37,452 nt of DNA from a virus: the UHGV virus genome UHGV-1371557; one strand, written 5' to 3'. A program made the translations under genes and the position numbers. The notes beneath the pieces are model-generated. The model worked only from the letters and a program-made list of their open reading frames with translations. It was not told the DNA's origin and made no database searches. Of the stretch, positions 34,167 through 37,452 are shown piece after piece (position 1 is the stretch's first letter; every line of letters begins with the position of its first letter).

Positions 34167-34607
34167 ATGAGCAAGTATTTCACCCTCGAGGAGCTGACGC
34201 GAAGCCAAACGGCCGCGCGCCTCGGAAAAGACAACACCCCCAACGCCACGCAGAAGCGCGACCTCCTGCGACTGATTGACTACCTCGACGGCATCCGCGA
34301 GGAGTTCGGAGAGCCCATCAAGGTGACCTCGGGCTTCCGAAGCTGGGACGTAAACCACGCCGTCGGTGGCGTGAAGAAGAGCCAGCATCTCGCTGGGCAG
34401 GCTGCTGACATCGTACCAGCGAAGAGACCAGAGCGTCTTCGCGATCTGTTCGACATCATCCGCAAGCGCGGAGGCTTCCAGCAGGTCATCTACGAGCGAA
34501 AGGGGCAGAGCATGTGGGTACACGTAGCCATACCTCCGCTCGGCGAAATGCCACGGCAGGAGGCGATGACGACGAACGACGGCAAGAACTTCACCCGACT
34601 AAAGTAA
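34167..34607 (+). CDS. Endolysin, peptidase M15 family (zinc D-Ala-D-Ala carboxypeptidase-like)
   Basis: Pattern SGFRSWDVNHAVGGVKKSQHLAGQAADIV, with H...D zinc ligands. Confidence 0.8.
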   Translation: MSKYFTLEELTRSQTAARLGKDNTPNATQKRDLLRLIDYLDGIREEFGEPIKVTSGFRSWDVNHAVGGVKKSQHLAGQAADIVPAKRPERLRDLFDIIRKRGGFQQVIYERKGQSMWVHVAIPPLGEMPRQEAMTTNDGKNFTRLK

Positions 34608-34683
34608 CTAACACAGCAGGGCGGGCGGTAATGGGGTGACCGCCTGCGCCTGCAACCAACCACCCCGACCAAAACATAACTAT

Positions 34684-36318
34684 ATGCGACCATTTGGAAG
34701 TAAGAGCGACGGCAAGGCGCTCCAGCTTGTGCAAAGAGGTACGGACAAACGCATACCCGTGGAGCTGGTCAAACAGCCCTCGGGCGAGGTCTTAGACCCT
34801 GCAGAGCTGGAAGGACTGCACGTGATGGTGTCAAGCGAGAGCGGAGGTATGGCCACCATACCCTACTCCGTAGAAGACGGCAAGCTGGTGGTGGAGGTGA
34901 CGGCAGACATCTCCCGACAGCTGGGGCTGGGGGTCTACACGATGACCGCAACGGGGCGCATTCCCGACCCTGCGTATGCTGATGGCTACCACGACTACGA
35001 GATAGTAGTAGACCTCTGTAAGGTCACGAAGTATGGAAGCAACGAGACGCCCGTAAAGGTGCAGGCTAACGTGCTGGAGGGCTTGCGAGGTGAGAAGGGA
35101 GAGAGAGGAGAAAAGGGCGACCCTGGCGAACGTGGAGAGCAAGGCGCCCAGGGCATTCAAGGTGTCCAAGGGGAGCGCGGTCTGCAAGGCACCCAAGGAG
35201 TCCAAGGAGTCCAAGGAGTCCAAGGAGAGCGCGGGGCTGACGGTGCGGTAGGTAAGTCCGCCTATCAGTCCTATCTCGAGACGACCACCGACAACCCCAA
35301 GCTCACAGAGGCGCAGTATGCAGCAATCAACGCCATCACGACCCAATACCTCTATCGAATAAACAAAGGAAAGGATGCACCGATGAACGAACAAACCCTA
35401 TCGGCAGACCAGCTCATGGAGCTTGACAGCCACCGACGCAACATAATCAACGCCCTGCGAGCTAAGGGTGCACAGGTCACCGACGACGACGGTCTGGAGG
35501 TGCTGGAGGCGAAGATCGCGGCGCTATCATACAGCAAGATCACCGTTATCAGGGAGCAGCAGTTCTCGGACTGGCAGGACGATGTTTACCCACCAATGGT
35601 GGTAAGCGATACCTTCCGTCCTGTTAGTCTGAAAAATATGTTCGCACAAAACCCACGCCTCTCGCAACTGCCCGTTGTTGAGGGCGTCGAGAAAGCGCTG
35701 TATATCGACAGATACGCACAGCGTTGCCCGTCGCTTCGCTCGGTTGAACTCCCCGATCTTCTCGAGGTTAAAACGGCGACAACGATGTTTGATGGGTGCA
35801 CCTCGATGACCAAGGCGACAATAGGAGCCCTTCCTGCACTCACAAACGCAACGTGGCTCTTCAGTAACTGCCAGTCGCTCACGTCTGCCACCATTGGCTC
35901 AGCACCAAAGCTGGAGATCGCTCAAGGCCTCTTCAACAACTGTACCTCCCTGCAGAGCGTCACGCTTGATCTTTCGGGTGGGCTAATAACAAATGCATCA
36001 TACCTGTTCAATGGATGCGAAAAGCTGCGCTCAGTGAATGGCGTTATCGACCTGTCAAGGACGACAAATGTAGCCTCGGCGTTTAGTGGCTGTACGTCAC
36101 TCGAGGATGTGCGCATCAAGGGGATTAAGGTGAGCATTGACCTCTCCGCGTGTGCCAACCTCTCGCTGGAGAGCGTGAAGCACATTGTCGAGAATGCCCA
36201 AAGTGCAACGAACAAGACTATCACCCTACACAGCTCGCTCGTAGACAAGTATGACGACGAGCTTGTGACGCTCGGAGAGACAGCCACCTCGAAGGGGTGG
36301 ACAATCAATTATCGCTAA
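34684..36318 (+). CDS. Tail fibre/receptor-binding protein with a collagen-like Gly-X-Y region and C-terminal BspA-type leucine-rich repeats
   Basis: GEKGERGEKGDPGERGEQGAQGIQGVQGERGLQGTQGVQGVQGVQGERGADGA, then repeated units of about 20 aa (CTSLQSVTL, CEKLRSVNG, CTSLEDVRI). The ORF-track start is a GTG; the ATG at 34684 was used. Confidence 0.75.
   Translation: MRPFGSKSDGKALQLVQRGTDKRIPVELVKQPSGEVLDPAELEGLHVMVSSESGGMATIPYSVEDGKLVVEVTADISRQLGLGVYTMTATGRIPDPAYADGYHDYEIVVDLCKVTKYGSNETPVKVQANVLEGLRGEKGERGEKGDPGERGEQGAQGIQGVQGERGLQGTQGVQGVQGVQGERGADGAVGKSAYQSYLETTTDNPKLTEAQYAAINAITTQYLYRINKGKDAPMNEQTLSADQLMELDSHRRNIINALRAKGAQVTDDDGLEVLEAKIAALSYSKITVIREQQFSDWQDDVYPPMVVSDTFRPVSLKNMFAQNPRLSQLPVVEGVEKALYIDRYAQRCPSLRSVELPDLLEVKTATTMFDGCTSMTKATIGALPALTNATWLFSNCQSLTSATIGSAPKLEIAQGLFNNCTSLQSVTLDLSGGLITNASYLFNGCEKLRSVNGVIDLSRTTNVASAFSGCTSLEDVRIKGIKVSIDLSACANLSLESVKHIVENAQSATNKTITLHSSLVDKYDDELVTLGETATSKGWTINYR
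35193..35228 (+). repeat. Tandem 9-bp repeats (CCAAGGAGT, 3 perfect copies plus 1 variant) encoding GVQ triplets of the collagen-like region
   Basis: Read from the sequence. The repeats are in frame. Confidence 0.7.
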
Positions 36319-36338
36319 CCCTTTAACAGATTTTAGAC

Positions 36339-36536
36339 ATGGGAAAGTCAGTAAGAATTAAAGCCCCAAAGGGCAAGATGGTCGTATGCCGTGAGCGCCG
36401 AACGATCGGCAGGCTCGTCCGTACACGTGCGGAGGATGCACACCTCTATGAGCTAATGGACGAAGCGGAAGCTCTCGCTCTCGAGAAGCAGTGGAAGGAG
36501 GAGGACGAGGCTGAGGCTGGCGAGGCTCAGCCCTAA
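36339..36536 (+). CDS. Hypothetical small charged protein (65 aa)
   Basis: ATG start. Basic N-terminal half and acidic C-terminal half. Confidence 0.5.
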   Translation: MGKSVRIKAPKGKMVVCRERRTIGRLVRTRAEDAHLYELMDEAEALALEKQWKEEDEAEAGEAQP

Positions 36537-36541
36537 ATAAG

Positions 36542-36566
36542 TGCGCCCCACCGTCGGCAGGGCGCA
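36542..36566 (-). terminator. Hairpin TGCGCCC / GGGCGCA (7 bp, 11-nt loop). On the minus strand it is followed by CUUAUUUA. Terminator candidate for a short leftward transcript.
   Basis: Read from the sequence. The plus strand has no U-tract after it. Confidence 0.4.
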
Positions 36567-36645
36567 TGAGAGGAAGGGGCTGGATAGGATTTATCATGAG
36601 TACGAAATCTGAAAGCCAATCTCCAGCTCCAGCTCCTCTCTCCTA

Positions 36646-36676
36646 CAAAGGTAGCAAGCTGTGGCTATCTATCAAA
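36646..36676 (-). promoter_or_regulatory. Consensus Bacteroidetes promoter (TTTG-N19-TACCTTTG) on the minus strand, firing leftward into the 36537-36640 intergenic region
   Basis: Plus-strand CAAAGGTA at 36646-36653 and CAAA at 36673-36676. Confidence 0.5.
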
Positions 36677-36695
36677 GACTTAACACAGATTTACG

Positions 36696-37136
36696 ATGAA
36701 AACAAATAGACTAAGCTGGTGGGAGACGCTTCTTGTGGCCGTAGCCGTTGCACTGCTGGGCTACTTCCTGACCTCCTGCTCACCGAAGGTGCGGGTCGTC
36801 CCCGTAGAGCGGACGAGGGTAGAGTGGAGAGACCGCTGGCGTTTGGACAGCGTGTATGTCCACGATAGCATCTACCTAACCGAGCGTATGGCGGGAGATA
36901 CCATCTACAAGGTCAAAGAGGTGTACCGCTGGCGTGACCGCTGGCGGGTGGATACCATCAATACTGGGCGAGTAGATAGCGTACGCATCACCGAGGTGGT
37001 GGAAGTCCCCGCCAAGCTGACTGCGTGGCAGGATATGCGCCTCAAAGCGTTTGCGCCACTCCTCGCTATTGCGTTGCTTTTGGGTGCGTGGGTGTCACGC
37101 AGGCTGTGGCTACCGCTCCTTCGTGGGCTGCTATAG
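36696..37136 (+). CDS. Lipoprotein with a C-terminal TM helix; candidate unimolecular spanin (T1 gp11-like architecture)
   Basis: Signal peptide with lipobox LTSC (MKTNRLSWWETLLVAVAVALLGYFLTSCSP). Internal repeat RVEWRDRWRLDSVYVHDS / YRWRDRWRVDTINTGRVDS. C-terminal hydrophobic helix FAPLLAIALLLGAWVSRRLWLPLL. Confidence 0.6.
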   Translation: MKTNRLSWWETLLVAVAVALLGYFLTSCSPKVRVVPVERTRVEWRDRWRLDSVYVHDSIYLTERMAGDTIYKVKEVYRWRDRWRVDTINTGRVDSVRITEVVEVPAKLTAWQDMRLKAFAPLLAIALLLGAWVSRRLWLPLLRGLL

Positions 37137-37146
37137 CGTGGCATCA

Positions 37147-37166
37147 TTTTCGTGACCTCACGAAAA
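37147..37166. repeat. Perfect 9-bp inverted repeat TTTTCGTGA-CC-TCACGAAAA, 10 nt after the stop of the lipoprotein gene
   Basis: Read from the sequence. Confidence 0.5.
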
Positions 37167-37179
37167 AGGTCTGCTGGTA

Positions 37180-37210
37180 TTTGGTGGTATCAAAAAATTG
37201 CCTACCTTTG
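37180..37210 (+). promoter_or_regulatory. Consensus Bacteroidetes promoter (TTTG-N19-TACCTTTG) on the plus strand near the right edge of the prophage
   Basis: TTTG at 37180-37183 and TAccTTTG at 37203-37210. The spacer contains GGTGGTATCAAAAAA, which resembles the GTGGTGTCAAAA motif found upstream of two late genes. Confidence 0.5.
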
Positions 37211-37216
37211 CTGTGT

Positions 37217-37359
37217 AGATGAGTGCACGCTTCTACATTGTCCACCCTTCTGGGTGCTGAATTTGAACGAGCTTATGCTCACAGATGTACGTGATTATTT
37301 TCGTAATCTCGCAACGTCAAACAAGGGCGGGGAGGTGAAAACCTCCTCGCCCTCTTTTT
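37217..37359 (+). ncRNA. Candidate small RNA of about 140 nt, delimited by the 37180-37210 promoter and the 37325-37359 terminator
   Basis: Promoter and terminator lie 110 nt apart. The only in-frame ATG (37220) gives a 13-aa peptide. The ORF-track ORF 37152-37427 runs through the terminator hairpin. Confidence 0.35.
37325..37359 (+). terminator. Textbook Rho-independent terminator: GGGCGGGGAGG-TGAAAA-CCTCCTCGCCC followed by TCTTTTT
   Basis: 11-bp stem with one G-U pair, a 6-nt loop, and a T-tract at 37353-37359. Confidence 0.7.
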
Positions 37360-37405
37360 GGGAGTTCTGCATAAAAACGTCCGTGAAAGCGTCCGATGTA
37401 AATAG

Positions 37406-37442
37406 AAGCCCCTCTGCAAATCGCTGATTTACAGAGGGGCTT
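37406..37442. repeat. 17-bp hairpin with one C-A mismatch (AAGCCCCTCTGCAAATC ... GATTTACAGAGGGGCTT) and a 3-nt loop, at the window edge
   Basis: Read from the sequence and followed by TTCAATG. A poor T-tract makes it a weak terminator candidate; it may be a host or att-proximal structure. Confidence 0.4.
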
Positions 37443-37452
37443 TCAATGTGAT

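Noticed and set aside
36358-36597. 79-aa Pro/Arg-rich minus-strand ORF
   Set aside because: Its composition is that of a GC-rich antisense frame. The plus-strand 65-aa ORF is the more plausible gene. The region may instead be transcribed as a small RNA from the 36646-36676 promoter.
37152-37427. 91-aa plus-strand ORF at the right edge
   Set aside because: It runs straight through a textbook intrinsic terminator hairpin (37325-37359) and a second hairpin. It is more likely a non-coding promoter-terminator unit.
1-37452. CRISPR array, diversity-generating retroelement and transposase
   Set aside because: There are no spaced identical direct repeats of CRISPR type, no reverse-transcriptase motif (YxDD) in any ORF, and no transposase-like ORF.

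Overview
This window reads as one nearly complete temperate siphovirus-type prophage of about 37 kb. The host is probably a Bacteroidota species, for three reasons. Several perfect matches to the Bacteroidetes sigma-A promoter consensus (TTTG, then 19-20 nt, then TAnnTTTG) occur. The tail fibre carries BspA-type leucine-rich repeats. One gene encodes a lipoprotein lipobox.

Gene order, left to right. (1) A lysogeny module on the minus strand (108-4574): tyrosine integrase, P63C-like protein, secreted protein, small 2-TM membrane protein, and a CI-like repressor with tandem HTH domains and an S24 (LexA-like) peptidase domain. It is divergent from a Cro-like gene. (2) An early/replication module on the plus strand (4750-14760): an excisionase-like HTH protein, a replication initiator with iterons inside its own gene, a DnaC-like helicase loader, a RuvC-like resolvase, a MazG-like protein, a DUF3310-like protein, and many small proteins of unknown function. 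(3) An orphan 923-aa protein (14950-17721). (4) A cos-type packaging module: an HNH endonuclease, a P27-family small terminase and a large terminase. It is interrupted by a three-gene minus-strand moron unit (19456-20917) that has its own promoter and terminator. (5) An HK97-like head module: portal, prohead protease, and a major capsid protein with a delta domain. (6) Tail genes: connectors, major tail protein, chaperone, and a 1470-aa tape measure. (7) Immediately after the tape measure: holin, M15 endolysin, a tail fibre with collagen-like repeats and BspA LRRs, and a lipoprotein with a C-terminal TMD that resembles a unimolecular spanin.

No tRNA, CRISPR array, reverse transcriptase or transposase was recognised, and the att sites could not be defined.

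Structure not explained by the gene calls: (a) two hairpins in the early-right leader whose 20-nt loops are nearly identical while their stems differ completely, i.e. they covary; (b) convergent consensus promoters flanking a shared intrinsic terminator at the late-operon/moron junction, which could act as a cis-antisense or antitermination node; (c) promoter-plus-terminator pairs at the right end that delimit candidate small RNAs; (d) a conserved 15-nt motif upstream of two late genes.

The ORF track uses alternative start codons (TTG/GTG), so several starts were moved to the first plausible ATG. All functional calls rest on motif recognition by eye. No database search was run.
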